NCBI GenBank assembly: GCA_047495785.1
Contig: JBLDXI010000048.1
Location: forward strand, 186,001-250,000
Length of the DNA: 64,000 bases
DNA from: Lepidodermella squamata
Taxonomy: Eukaryota; Animalia; Gastrotricha
Reading direction: 5' to 3'
Positions within the stretch are counted from its first letter, which is position 1. The number at the start of each line of letters is the position of its first letter. The position numbers and the translations under genes were made by a program. Positions 1 through 13,853 of the stretch are shown in pieces. Below the pieces are notes generated by a model, which was given only the letters and a program-made list of their open reading frames with translations, was not told where the DNA came from and did no database searches.

Positions 1-989
1 GATGAAGTCCTCGTAAACATTGCTTCAATTTTCGCTTGATACAGACGAGATTTCAATCTATCTTTCTTGTCCTTAATCGCATCTAGCTCTTCGATATCGA
101 ATAACGAAGCTAATCTCTTCAAAACCAGCTCAGAAATACTGAAAATAACAAAATATGAACAAAATGAATGCATAATTTTAACGGAATTCTAACCAATTAA
201 AGTTCGCAGGTGAATTACTGACAACCGCTTCGGTATTCGTATGAATAAACGTAAGGCAATCAGTCACAAGTTCGTCCATTTGAAGAAAATCGGAAGAAAT
301 CAGAATTGAAATAACATTAGCTGGTTCCAAAACCGGCGGGCCCGAACTGTTAGTACCCTGAGAACTAGAGCCTGCCGGTAATTGAGATTCTGGTACGTCT
401 TTATGCACGTATTTCATCAACCAATCGAAAATAACAACGTCGCATTGAACACTGATGTCAACATCGTCTGGTTTCGAATCGTCCGTTAGATGAGCGGCGA
501 AGAACTTCATTTTAGAAACTAGCAACCATTTAGCGCAATAGAAATCCTGACTGCGGCGTTTCGCCTCGTCAACCACGTGTATTCGCAATAATGCAGATGA
601 GTAATTATCATTGCTTTTAGCCGCAGCATCAGGCGGCGAACCTTGAGCCATAGCGGGTTTGTCGCCTTCGTTTAAATACTCAGAAATTTGAACATCTGAC
701 TGACTAGCATCATTTGAATTAAGACTAGCGTCGAGCGTAAGTGGTGCATAGAAAGACCCGGCTCGGTCTAACGGAAATACTTTGTCGCAAAAGTCCTGCA
801 AAATAGATAATCGATAATGTTGAATGAAACGGGCAACGGTATATATCGGCTTACTTGATATGTACGCTTCGATAGGAATGGTAATTCCCGACACAATGCA
901 TCGAAATCACTTGGAGCTGGCCTCACACCACTACTACGTAGTTGGCTAAGCACATAAAAAGTGGCGGCTGACGACGCCGGATCGTTCAT
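1..989 (-). CDS. SANBR: SANT and BTB domain regulator of class switch recombination (KIAA1841/DUF3342) homolog, 3' end outside the window
   Basis: Exons 989-855, 795-194 and 138-<1, with GT-AG introns in consistent phase. Family motifs IHVVDEAKRRSQDFYC, DISVQCDVVIFDWLMKYV, NVISILISSDFLQMDELV, CISELVLKRLASLF..IKDKKDRLKSRLY. Confidence 0.9.
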
Positions 990-1980
990 TCGTACTCTGT
1001 TGATTGCTCACTCATAAATAATTAATTTTACGATACGGCCATGTTTGAGTTAGATCCAAGAGTTTATCTATCAATATCGTTAGGAACTAGTGAATGGAAA
1101 CAAAATAAATCACTGGAAAAATGCAAAAAAAGAAAATCAAGAGCCTACGAGAAGAAATATGATGGAACTTCGATTACTTGTGACCCAAGTAAACGGTTGT
1201 CGAGGGCTACAATTAATTCAAAGCCACATGCGAGCGCAAGTGACTAAACGATGACAAAGTAAACTTATGCAATTGCAAGAATCTAATTTGAGGGAAAATT
1301 TCTCGAGCGACACAGCTTTCCAAAATGCACCCCGAGTTGCCGAAAAGAGGATTGTTTCAGAAAAGCATTGCGAACTATTACCGGTTTCTCACAGCACCTA
1401 GTATCATCGAGACAGCAAAAGAACTCTCATTAGATAGCATTGAAGTAGCGCTGGAACAGTGCAAGTGTTCATTCTCGAGATCAAAGGGAATTCGCAAACG
1501 ATTTACTCGGATAACCAGACAAATGACGTCCGAAAACCGCAACACGCGTTACCTGAGCGCAATCAGAAAACTGAAATCAGCCTGTACCGTGTCCACGGAC
1601 GCGCGGGTTGCTCAATTCTTTTTCAACGGAAATAAAACACAATTTCCTTATATTGTTATTCGCAATTTTTAATGTTTTTTCCATAATTTAGTTTTTGTTG
1701 CCCCCTTGGCGACATGATTTTTTGCCCTTGAATGAGTCATCGCTGTAATCAATCAGCTGCTATCAGTTGTTTTGCGTGCAAAAGTACAACACAAAGAAAC
1801 ATAAGCAACTATTGCAATGTCTAGAGGCACTTAATCACCATTAATTCATGATAATATATGTTTGCTGATGCTCCCACAATGAATATTTATTGCGTCTACA
1901 TCAGTGAGGCCATCTGACCACCCTTGTTGTTTCAACACCTTTCGCCAACTCATCGTGTTAAATTCATTCACTCATAATCA

Positions 1981-3544
1981 ATGTCATCGAGAAGACCTTG
2001 CTCCCTATTCGAAATCCCCACTGCATCGCTTAAAGTAAGTGGAATGTCAGTTGAAGACTTCGCAGGTGTTCTGCGGAATGGTCGATCTTCTGGTTGTTTG
2101 GGCGATCATCTACACAACGATTATGTGATATTCGATTGCCGAAAGTATGAAAGATTTGCGGCGCATCATATATTCAGCGCACAATCTTTTGACAAAATGA
2201 TGGCGCTATATAACAATAACCTCGTTCAATTGGTCCAACATGTTACTGCTTCGTCGGCGGGTGGTAGCTATTTTCCCAATCAATCACTTAGCGTAACGAA
2301 AGGCAAGAAGAAGTTCATCATCTACGACGAAAATTCAACTGCTCTCAAGGAATGTGTGCCATATGTAGTGCCATTTGTAGAAGAGCTACAGGCGCATAAC
2401 AACGACGTATTTTTGTTAATAGGTTTGTACTCTTACCCTGGGCTTTTCAATTGTTTAACATCTGTGTTTTTAGGTGGCTTCTCGGCCTTCTCTTCTCAGT
2501 ATCCAGCGTTGTGTGTAAGCGAGGTTGTTTGTCTTCGGCCTGCGAATTTGTTCGCCGCCGAGCTACATGACTCTAACTCATTACCCGTGCAAAGCCCCGC
2601 TAAGGGAAGTGCAAATCTTGCGCGGAGGTTACTTTCACCGGATAAAACGTCGAGTTTGATACCACGAGCTTCAAGCATGTTAGTCATGTCCCCGGAGCAA
2701 AGTGGTCCTGATTTTTGCACCTTTCTTCCAAGCGAGATTTTGTCTCATGTTTTTATTGGTTTGTTCAGTTCAGTTTCAGGTTTTCGTTTATTTATTTTGC
2801 TATAATTTATTTTAGGATCCGAGTTCGATGCGAAGGATTTACGATTTTTGACCCAACATAACATCACTCATGTGCTTAATGTGACAACGCATATACCGTG
2901 TTTTTATGAAAATCGTCTCTCATACAAGCGTCTCCCAGCATGCGATACTGATAGCGATAACATAAGACAATACTTTGACGAGGCCTCGGATTTCATAGGT
3001 GCGTTTTTTGTTTTCAAATTTTCCGTTTCTCTTATCTTATCTCGCTAGCTTATTCATCGATGATATTAACCGGGTTAATTTTTATACCACAGATTCTGCC
3101 GAGAGAGCAGGGGGCAAGGTTCTTGTGCATTGTCAAGCTGGCATATCGCGTTCGCCATCCATTGTTTTGGCCTACTTAATAGGCCGTAAAAACATGGCGT
3201 TTTCTGACGCATATCAACTGCTGGCAAAACTGCGGCCGATAATCGCGCCCAACTTCAATTTCCTCGCGCAGCTGAACGAATTCGAATCGGAATGCGCGTC
3301 ATCGCGGCGGTCGAGCAACGGCCACGATGAAGTCGGATCGTCATCTTCCGTCAGTTTAAGCGGCTCGTCAGATTTCGACGATGACCCGTGCGATCCGTGC
3401 AATAACTCATCGGGGCGGGCTGGTTCGGCAAATAAAGTTATGATGCTAGTGCCGCTGCCGCCGAAACGATGCCGAACAGGGGGCTCGAACGACGGAACAA
3501 CTGTTCATCACCACCACCACAACGCAGAGTCGTGTTTTTTATAG
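1981..3544 (+). CDS. DUSP10: Dual-specificity MAP kinase phosphatase (rhodanese + DSP domains), DUSP10/puckered-like
   Basis: Exons 1981-2422, 2474-2758, 2816-2998, 3093-3544. Rhodanese motif DCRKYERFAAHHI; DSP motifs THVLNVTTHIP and YKRLPACD, catalytic VHCQAGISRS, and IAPNFNFLAQL. Subfamily assignment is less certain than the family. Confidence 0.88.
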
Positions 3545-4562
3545 CTTTTTGCGACTGATTTTGCTCATTATTTAAATTTGCGAAATTTTTGGGTTTACAA
3601 AAATGCCTGAAATTTGGCAACTAGAAAATAATAATATTTCTTTGTTTTATGATTATTATTCATATCTGTTAAATTGATTAATCGATTATTAATTTATTTA
3701 AGAGAAGTCAATAAGTAATTATCACCGGTTCATTTTTTGTTCTCGCGCTGTTTTTTTGTTGATTTATCCTTCGAAAAATTATGATCATCCATTTATTTCT
3801 TCTTGCAACTCTTACTTCGCGTCTCCAATATAACTTACAAAAAATGTGAATTGAAATGAGAAAAAACAACATGATACCGTGCTTTCCTCTCTCTCTCTCT
3901 TCTTGGTTTTGATGATCGGGAAACAATCGTTTTTTTCAGGAGGCCAATTGAACCAACCGTGCGTGCGATGGTCCAATGTGAAAATTAACCACGACCTGCG
4001 TTTACCTTGATCATAATTGTTGGCTACTTTTTTGACAAACGCGCAATGAGAAGGTTGAAAAAATCAATAAAATACCATTTTTTCATGAAAAACACCAATA
4101 GGCGTCGTTCTCGTAAATTTTATTCTTCATCTCAGTAAAAACAAGGAAGCGGTTCGTTCGTATAGTAAGCCGAAATTTCTCGTTGCAACAGTTGAATAGA
4201 AAAAAAAACAATGCGGCGATCGACCCGCCGCGCACAGGTGACGTGAGTATGAATCGATGAATAAATTATGACTCGAAATTGTAGACCGTGATTCACGACG
4301 CACCCTCAAGAAAAACACTAAACAACGTGCGCATGATGCTTCAGTGCGAGCGATTCAAAACTGCGAGAAATCGTAGAAAAAACGCCGACGTTTGTTTATA
4401 TACACTGAATACCTGTCAATTGCATAAATATCACAAATATTCAAGATAGGTAGAAGTAATGACGTAAAACCGTAGAAAAGGCGAGAAAATGGCGGAAATC
4501 ATTAAATAATAGTAAAAATCGATTAAAATTGATACTCATTTCAATCCAATTTCTTTTCAATA

Positions 4563-7500
4563 TCAACTGCGGTCGTAGTGGCGCAAATTTTCGCCCGTAA
4601 TATTCGCGCCACCGGAAGATTCGAAATGCTGATTGTAGCTATTGTTATTATTATTATTATTGAAAGAGGCGGTGTGGTTCGCAGCAGCATCAGCAGCGCA
4701 CAAATCTGAGCAGGAGGGGTAGCGGCCACGCATCGATGACCGGCCCGGCTGCGGTTTGATTTTCGACATAATTTTGTCAGATTCTGACAGGTCGACCTTC
4801 AAATCGCCGAGAATTTGCTGCGATCGCAGGATCAAATCGAACAGCTTGCCGCGTTCGAATTGCGATTGCTGCAATAAGTACAACAAAATTGGAATATAAA
4901 ACAGGTTTATTCACCGATGAGAATTCAAATCCCAATTAATCCGCGGACTTGCATATCCCACGGCGTAGTAAATTATTTGATTAGAATCGTGGGCCGTGAA
5001 AAACGAAAGAAAAATCAATCAAAATGAGGCGTGGCTTAGAGGATTGAAACTGCCAAATATAGTAAATCAGAGAAATTACCTCGAAAAATGAAATTAAAAA
5101 TTCCTCGTGACAAAAGATCTTTCAGAATCCCACGCGTATTAACTTTAAATTTTCATTTCCACAAAATTTGAAATTTTACTCCCTAAAATTTTTAGTTCCA
5201 CTTTTTCATTCATATTTTAATTTAGCTATTCAGGTATCGATGTTCACTCATCGTAAAAATACGCATGTGATCAGTGTAGGAATTTAAATTGGTGAAATTT
5301 TGAGATCATTCCATAGTGATGAGTCATAACCGCACGTTAGCGTGGGACTTGGCTAATATTGAAGAAAAACTGTCACATATCAACGCCTGGCAACAGACTA
5401 CACACACTCATACATATACACACTTAGTACATACAACAAAAATCTCTCATGCGTGGGTAAAGTAGCAATAATAATAAATTAGTAATAATAATAACAAAGT
5501 AAGTAGAACAAGCGAAGCCCATTTTTACTTGAATTTTGTTGTTGTCAAAAACATACCGTTGACAAATCATGCGCGTTCAAATCACCGTCAACGACATTTG
5601 ACATTGAGTACGTTCGCCTCGTTGCGTAATAGCCCGGGGCGAGGCCGTGGACCGGGCTTTGACTTCCAGCATTTTCGCCCGGCTCGCCGCCCATTGTGAA
5701 CCGGCGATGAGGGCTTTTCGAGCGCGACCGGTGCCGCGTTGCCGAGTAGGACGATGGCGCTTGCTGTTGTTGGGGGTTCTAAACACGGGTTGGATCAAAT
5801 AATGCAAAATACATGCATCAAACGTTTGGGATCAAGCACGATATTAAAATACCAATCAATCACCCTAATTATTTTGCATATAATCGATGAAACAAAGTCA
5901 CGGTGAATTTCATTGAAAAAAGGCTCCATATTTAAATAAAATTCGAGACAGCCGCAATTGATAGATCTAATTTTCCCACGCGAAATCACGACTGAAATGG
6001 CCAATTAACGCCGTACAAATTTTCCCACGGTTGACTTAATTAATGACTCATGAAAAGCCAAATATTTTAACTTTCATCGAAATTTGAGAAATTATTAATT
6101 TTGAAATTATACGGTTATTGCCAAATTTTCAACCATTTAATTTTTGATGATGATTGAATTTTTTTTTAAATATTTGTTTCATCGATATCAAGCGTCAAGC
6201 AAAGGTTAGAGTACCAATTTTTCACATCGAAACAATACGATTTAATCACCATGCCAAAACTATCACGGATTTATCAAATGAAATTTTCGTTATTACTAAC
6301 CTGGACGCATCGATAGGCCGCATTGAGCAGGTCTTCGTCGCGAATTCTCGCCGGCGCCGGACTGGCGGGCGGTGCGCCGTGAAAGGACGCCGATCTCGCC
6401 CCTAAATTACTCGTGAACGTAGCCAACGGGTACCGGTCCAGCAGCGTACACAGCCTTTCGAGGTTTCGGCTTATCCAGGCAATTTTGTCGGCCAGGAAAC
6501 GCGCCATAGCCGCTGAATCTTGCACTTTGTTCAAATTCAACGGCGTCGGGGGACTGTCGACAGCCTTTACAAAAAATTAAACATCAGATCTAAATATTTC
6601 AGTATTTTCAGATTTTTCGATTTTTTAATTCGATGAAAATCTCGATTTTTTTCAATTTTCGCTTTCAAATCGAATTGTTCAAACTTTCTCACAGTGAAAT
6701 TTTGTTTTCAATTCAGCGTCGAAAAACAGCGCAATTTTGTGGCCTTGCAATCCATGAAAAAAGGAAATTAATCTTATTAGCATTTTTTGAATGAAAAAAA
6801 ATCAATTATTTATCACCCGCATATCCTGAGTCACGAGAAATTGAAACTCACGGTGAATATTTTTGAATTAATTTTGCGTCATTCTATCCTTCCGCGTTTT
6901 CGCATGCCTGGTTCACTTTACTGCGGCTGTTATTAGCCTTTGAGTATTATACAGACGAGCGGTATAATGTCTAACGAGCGGTAAGCGGATATCCCCCAGT
7001 GGGCGCCTACTACACAGTGCTAATCTCTTATTTTCCGCTCTTGAATTTACCATCGATTTTTCGTTCACTTTTCGTCATCATCATAGCGGCCGCGTTTCTT
7101 ATTGATATAGGATACGAGAACGTCACTGGCCTTGAAATTTCGAGGCATATATCAAAAATTTATACTGGCTAATAATTTCCGGACAAATTCAATTTTTATC
7201 GGCTATTCAGTGATAAGAAATAAAGAATAATAATGTCTAGGGTACTTAATTTACCCTTGTGACAGATGAGAGAATCGATATGAAATTTTGAATTAATTTA
7301 GCCCGCAAGTACACGTGAACAAAATTTTTGTCCTCTTGAGTACCAAGATTTGAAGGTCAAAAACTACAACTACACCGATAAAAACACTTAATCCTAGCGA
7401 AAAACGTGAGGAAAAACGATGAATCACACTTGTGAAATTGTCATTACGCTTGGCTGTTGTGTTTCCGCGGTGAATTTGCGCGAAATATATTTCTCCATAT

Positions 7501-10500
7501 TATTTAAAATAGTTTCTTTGAAAATTAAGTCTCGTTCGTTTATAAGAAAATTTAGGCAAAGAGGCTCTACATATAAGGAATTAATTTTGCTAGTAGATTA
7601 TAAAATTGGAAAATTATTTAAAAACTTTCAACAGAACTTTCAATTTCAATCAATTAAAATTAAATTTTCAAATTTTTCACCGAGACGCAAATCACATTTT
7701 TGCTTCAATTTAAAATAAAAAAAAAATCGAAGCCAAAATTAGAAAATTACTAGAAAACATAAAAAACATTGAAAATTTCTTACCAAATTTATAGAAGTAT
7801 GTTGCGGCTCGCTGTCGACCTGAGGCAGAACTAGGGAGAGCGCGAACACTGTTTTGTCAACGACAGCGTCCAACTCGGCGGAGACGGACAAAAACAGCGC
7901 TCTCGCCTCGTCCTGGTTGCACCTGAACACCGTGCGAGACGAAACGAGCTGGTTCTTGAGCTGCGCCAGTTCCTCCTCGTAAGCGTCATCACGATCGCGC
8001 GAGACATTCTCGAGAGCTATTCTCGCCTTGCTCAACTCATCCATCAACCGAATGCGTTCTTGCCTCGCGGTTTCGAGCTCAGAATTCGTGAATTCCTGCT
8101 CTCGGTTCGCTTGAGCTAGCTGCTGCTTAGCCAACCGTAACTCGGCCTCGAATCGCTGCGTTTCCACCTCGAGGCTCTTCTTCGCCTGCTCCAACGACTC
8201 GTTTTCAACCGACGCCTGTCTCGCCTCGAGGCGAACCCGCTGCAGCTGCTCGGCCTCGGCTGCGAGCGCGCCGACTCGCCGTTTCAGTTCGTTGTTTTCG
8301 TGCTTCAACTGCTCGATTTCGCCGAAGAACTGGTGGTGGTGCTCGGCGTTCATCGCCAGTTGATTGGCCTGCTGCGTTTGAAGGGCGTCGCGTAGCTTCT
8401 CGAGTTCGAGCACTTTTTCGGCTTTCAGTTGCAACTCGAGGGCTAATTTCTCGTTTTGAGACTTCACCAAAGCGACCTAAAAATTGATAACAAGTTCATT
8501 ATTAAATTTCAATTTAGAATTTGTTGAATAGAGCAATAAATTTGCTGTTAAAATGTCTTGTTTCCACTTTCCACAAGGAATTTCTTTGCGAGAAATATCT
8601 CAAAATAAAGCAAATTCTGAGATCCCAGACTTTTTTTTATAAGAGCCGAGAAGCCACTCCCTGAATGGACAGCTTTAGGACTCGAAAAGCGAGACGGAGA
8701 ATCAGGCTCGGAATCCGCGGAGCCTTACTTTATGACTTTGTATGCTGAACACACTTAACCTCACTTAACAGATATTTGAACTGTTACAAATTTTGTTTCT
8801 TAAAGATTTATGTAGTAATTTATAATAAGCGATGTAAAATCGCCTCCTATTGCTGCCTCAGGCTCATGGGTAGTGGCACTGGCACGTGAAGCCGAAGCGT
8901 ATTTGCGTTCGGAATGGCTGGACAACAAGTGGCAAATTACCTGGTTTGAAGGCTACCCTTCAACTAACAACGGCAATGAGTCCTATAATGAAGTTATCAA
9001 GAGAGATTTCTCATTTCGGCACCGCATGCCCCTCGACAATCTGCTGGGTCTTACTCTCAAAATGAAATGCTGCCATCTTAGAGATGCGCAATGAGTTTCG
9101 AGGCACACCTGCGTGCTTGGATTGAAACTAGTTCACTCGGACGATGAGGAGATGCGAGTTCGCATCAAACGCCTCGCCTCGACTAGCGAGGTGCCCGCCC
9201 TTCTCGATGCCGCTCTTGCGTCTGTCGAGGCAAAATACCCGAAAATAGCAGAGCTCTACCAATATTTCGAGAAGAATTGGGTCGGCGACACGGCCAGCTA
9301 AGTGTCCCTCCAGAATTCGACTTCGAGCTCTGGAACATGGTGAAAATTCGCTACCTCGCACCGACAACTTTCACGAGGCTCAGCATCGGCAATTCATGGC
9401 GAGCAATGCCAAGAACCACCCGCGGCTCTGGCGCTTCATCATGGGTCTTCAAAAAAAGCAGAACCTGATCGAGGAGAGGGTAGCCGACTTTTAGCTATGC
9501 CGCGACGTCTCGACGCGATGCTCCGAGAAAAAAATACTTGGCCGCGAACGAGCCTTACGTTTTTAGACGAAATTTCCCGTTGGCTAAACGTTAAACGTAA
9601 CTAGAGTTTGATTTTGAAAAATAAAAATATGGGCCGGAGATGGTAGAAATATATGTATTATGTTGTTGGCTATTTCGGTCATCATCATATTTTCGCTATT
9701 GTGTCGGCCGGCCAGATCGCTTCGGCGTTCGGCGTGTTACTCGAGGCGGCCACGGTGAAATCGAAGCCAACACTGACCCGAGGCGTTTCAACAGTTCTGC
9801 CCACAATCTCACAGGTAACAAAACCACAACATGGCAGACGAGGAGAAGAATTAAATTCATTTTGAACTTTTAATTTTCGTGATTTTATGCACAATTAATG
9901 ACCTGGGTTAAGCTCAAGTCAAATTTATATTTCAAAATTTAATTCTAACTTCGTTTTTGATAAAAGTAAGACCGATATCGATTCCACGTATCGATTTTGC
10001 AAATCAGTGATTTTTTCCGATATCCGGCTGAGAATCGTTATCGGCTAGAGGATAACTCGAAGTAGACGGCTCATAGCTCGACATAGAGATTTGTCAAAGA
10101 CGTGGAACCAAAAATTTAGGGTGTGCACCTGTCAAATTCGAAAAAAATTCCACAAACCTGCGATTTGAGCTCCTGAACTTGCCGCTGCGACTCGACATCG
10201 CGCATCTGAGCCGCTTGTTCCGCCTTCAATTTCGCCTCGAAATCGGTGCTCAACTTGGCAAGTTTCTCATTCGCCGCCGCCAACTGCAGCTTTAACTCGG
10301 CCGACCGTGAACTCGCCGACTCGGCGTCGTTGCGCAGCCGTGAAATCTCCGCCTCAAGCATCGGCTGCCGCGCCTTCAACTCGGACGCGGCCAACACCTG
10401 CGAATTCGCCTCCTTCAACCGCGCCCGGCAGTCGTTCAGCTCAGACGACAACGACTGGGCAACCCGCCGCAACTCGGTTACAACCAAACTCTCGGCCGAA

Positions 10501-13500
10501 ATTTGCGGCTGATGAACAACAGCCGTTTGCGGCCGTTGGTTAGCCGTCGCTAAATGCTCGATTTGACTCGATAGATTTCGAACAAGTTGCTCGAGGCGTT
10601 TGCGCTCACTCTCAACCGCCAGCAATTTAACGTCCTCACTCGGTTTCGACGGTTGTTGAGCCGGTTCTTTTCGAATATTCGCAATTTGCTGCTTCAAATC
10701 GCCGATTTCTGACATGAATCTCTCCAGCAAAAATTCGGGCGGATTTTGATGAGGCTGTTGCTGCTGCTGTTGTTGTTGTTGATGATGTTGATGAGGCGGC
10801 TCAACAAAAAGTTGCGGGCTTTTCAACTGTTCCAGCCTATCGAGTTGGTTTCGCATTTGCGCCAATTCGTGTACCAGGTTATTTCGCCCGTTTTCCGACT
10901 GTTCGAGTTTCGATTTTAGACTCTCGACTTCGCGCGTCACTTGCTGCCGCACGCCGTCGATTTGGCTCAAGTGCTGCTGGGCCTGGCTGCTGTTTGGCCG
11001 CGGCTGGATCGGCGTTGGCGGTTGGTTTGCGCCGAAAATCAAGTAGCCAGATGCAGATTGTTGCACGGGATTTTGCTGCATTTGCATTGGCGTTGAGGTG
11101 CTGCTGCTTTGGAATTGCTGGATTGGGAAGGTGAGGCGGCGCGGGATTGCGCTGCTGTTGCCGATCGGGGATGATGCGTTGTCTAGCCGAGTGCTGAAAC
11201 TCGAGCTTTGCATCAAATTACGCTAGAAAATCAAGATCATTTCAAAAATTTCATGAAGTTGAAACGATTGTGAAAATAATGTTAAACTGGCAAAAGCTCA
11301 AGTCATTTCCAATTAAGATCAAAACAATTATTTATAAAGTGACCGGTCATTCAAATTAAAAACTGAATTAATGTAAAATGCCCACGATTACCTTGAAATT
11401 TTTCAATTTTCCGAGTGCAGTGCATATTTTTAGTTGGGGCATACGTCAAGTTTCAAAACGGTATTTCACTTTTCTCCGAATTTCGAAAAATTAATCTAAA
11501 CCTTGTTTCATTCCCAAGCAAAAATGTCAGTCATCTAGTTTCTAAACGTGCAGATTCTGCTTAATTTAGGGATTTTTGTCAACCGAGCTCAGCCTCCGAA
11601 TTTCTATTTAACTTTGGCCAAGTCGAAAAATCTATTTAAATTCTAAAAAATCCAACATCCAATTCAACTGCGTAGCCTTAGCTTTTTCTAAATAAATATC
11701 AATTTGCAAAATTGTGGGGAAATCTTAAGTGCATGAATTTTGTCCATTTCCTCCCGAATTGGACAGAAAATCGCAAAAGATCCATCCACTCGAAATTTAG
11801 GAAGGCTTTTGTACTAGAATATTTCAGATAGTAATTTTGCATGGTTAAGACTAAAAATTCGCTCGAAATCAGACTTGGATGGAAAATTTAGGGGTAATTT
11901 CCTTCGATTACTTCATTTTCTTCATAAATCGACCAACAATTTAGCTTTGAAATTTCGAAGTCCTATCACCACGTAACAATAAAATAGATAAATCGGACAT
12001 AATATAAACATGCATGTGGTTGTGAATAAAAATAAGGTAAGGTTAGGTAGGAAAAAAACCAAAGCAAAACTAAAGCGGACCTTATTGACGTCGACGGTGC
12101 TTGAAACAAGGTCAATGCCGGTAATCGATGACGAGAGGAGGTGGTTCGCGGCAGCCGCAGCGGGGTTGGCGATATTAACGTGCTGGCTATTAACGTAGTT
12201 GTTGGCTTCACAACACTGGCAACTGCTAGTCCCATGCAGGTTACAACCAGCGCACTGATCGCAGCACATGTCAGCCCAGGCAAAAAATAACAACAACAAC
12301 ACAAATTAGATAGAGTTCGGTGGGAAAATTCGAGACGAAATAACTCAAGCTCATAAACCACAAATTAAAATCAAGTAAGGATTCGTGCACTTGATTCCTC
12401 AAGGGACAATAAACCGGTGATATTTTTTCCATCTCCAGGCAGTGCGATTAAAAAATATGCGTGCAAGGTGAATTTTTCATAGTGATAATGAAGCGGTTTT
12501 TTCTTAGTTTTTCTCATTTTTTACCTGGCTGTTGATGAGAGGGATTTGCGTTACTACACTACTGCCGCCGTGGGTCGAATTCGACGACGACGACGAGACT
12601 TGGTCAAATGACGAAGAACTTTTCGAACGGAAACGTGATTCGAAAGTAGAAATACAGTTTACATTGAAATTTCAGGTCACAGAAATATTTTCGAAAAGGA
12701 GTTCACCGCAGATTATAAATTATTGCCTATATTTGATTATACTCACCCAGAGTATTATTACGCGAACACCCTGTATTTGAAATTTTACCTTGGAAACTTT
12801 CCACATTTTCAAAATTCAGACATTTCACATTTTTGAAATTTCTAAATGGAATTTTCAAGCTGTGATCAATTTTTGATTCTCCTAGAATTTCAGTTTAAAG
12901 CAGAAAATTCACTAATTTTGCTAGAAATAATATTCACGCCTTGAAAGAATTGCTAGAAGCTTAAATTTTACGGAAAAATATGGGAATTTAGAATGCAAAA
13001 AAATTAATCAAGATCTAAAAATTCTGTGTAAGACTCTATACTTATTCTGATAAGAGCGCAGAGTCAGAATAAATTTATTGGAAAGAGTAGAAAATATTTA
13101 AAAGTTGGCGGTGAGTTGTTTCACGGGAAATTATGAATAATTTGTACAAAATATCGAAATTGACTTACGTTTTGAGCTCGTTAAGAATATTCTCCGTCAG
13201 CTTCTCCTTTTCTTGGCTCAGTTCAGAAACAGACGCATTCAAACAGCGAATTTCATCGAGAATAAACTGCAGCCGGCTTGGCGACATGCACTGTCGTGAA
13301 ATAACAAGACAAAGCTTTAGCCTCTCAACTCTAATCAAAGCTCGACCGAAAACTAGTAAATTAGGGCCGAGTAAACAAAGCAGCTATGCATAATTTTATT
13401 ACTGAATGAAGAAACCCTAAAACTAACCGAATTCATCGAGTCGCCGCAACACGTGTGTTAATTTTTCCGATTACAACAACGGGAGGACTCAAGACAAAAC

Positions 13501-13853
13501 GAACTCATCGGCATTTCGATGAAATGTGCAACGCATTTATGCATTATTACATATAGATATGTCTGTATGTATATGAATGCGCACGCAGGCTATTGATCTT
13601 GTTGTTTATTTTTCGAGGACACGCCCCGCCCGCCCGTTTAATGCAACAATGCGCGGAGTGTTGCCCGCAGCTGCTATGCTTTCAACTTAGCAGGCCAAGC
13701 GAACGATGTATAATAAATAATTACGAACAGCGTAGTCTAACGTAACCGCCGCCGCTGTAAACAACGCAAGTGACTTGACTTATCAATATTAACTCGGTTT
13801 TTTCGCCTTCGTCTTACCTTTTGCGGCTGAGGAAGATGGCCAAAATCGTTCAT
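4563..13853 (-). CDS. Large (~1000 aa) coiled-coil protein, probably CEP128-like centriolar protein
   Basis: Phase-consistent exon chain of about 13853-13818, 13290-13169, 12618-12525, ~12257-12081, 11222-10158, 8476-7784, 6564-6301, 5778-5557, 4868-4563. Long heptad-rich exons. Segments SVSELSQEKEKLTENILNEL and LEQSENGRNNLVHELAQMRNQL recall CEP128 from memory. The gene is well supported; the identity is tentative. Confidence 0.7.
8870..9495 (+). mobile_element. Degenerate Mutator/MULE transposase fragments inside an intron
   Basis: Broken frames give W..W..GYPSTNNGNESYNEVIK, then LYQYFEKNWVG / PPEFDFELWNM / RTDNFHEAQHRQF..KNHPRLWRFIMGLQKKQ. These are typical of the C-terminal catalytic (TNN..E) region of MULE transposases, with stops and frameshifts. 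Confidence 0.75.

Noticed and set aside
2423-2473. ORF reading through DUSP intron 1
   Set aside because: A 51-nt stop-free intron is expected by chance among such short introns; it has good splice sites and restores the LxGGF motif.
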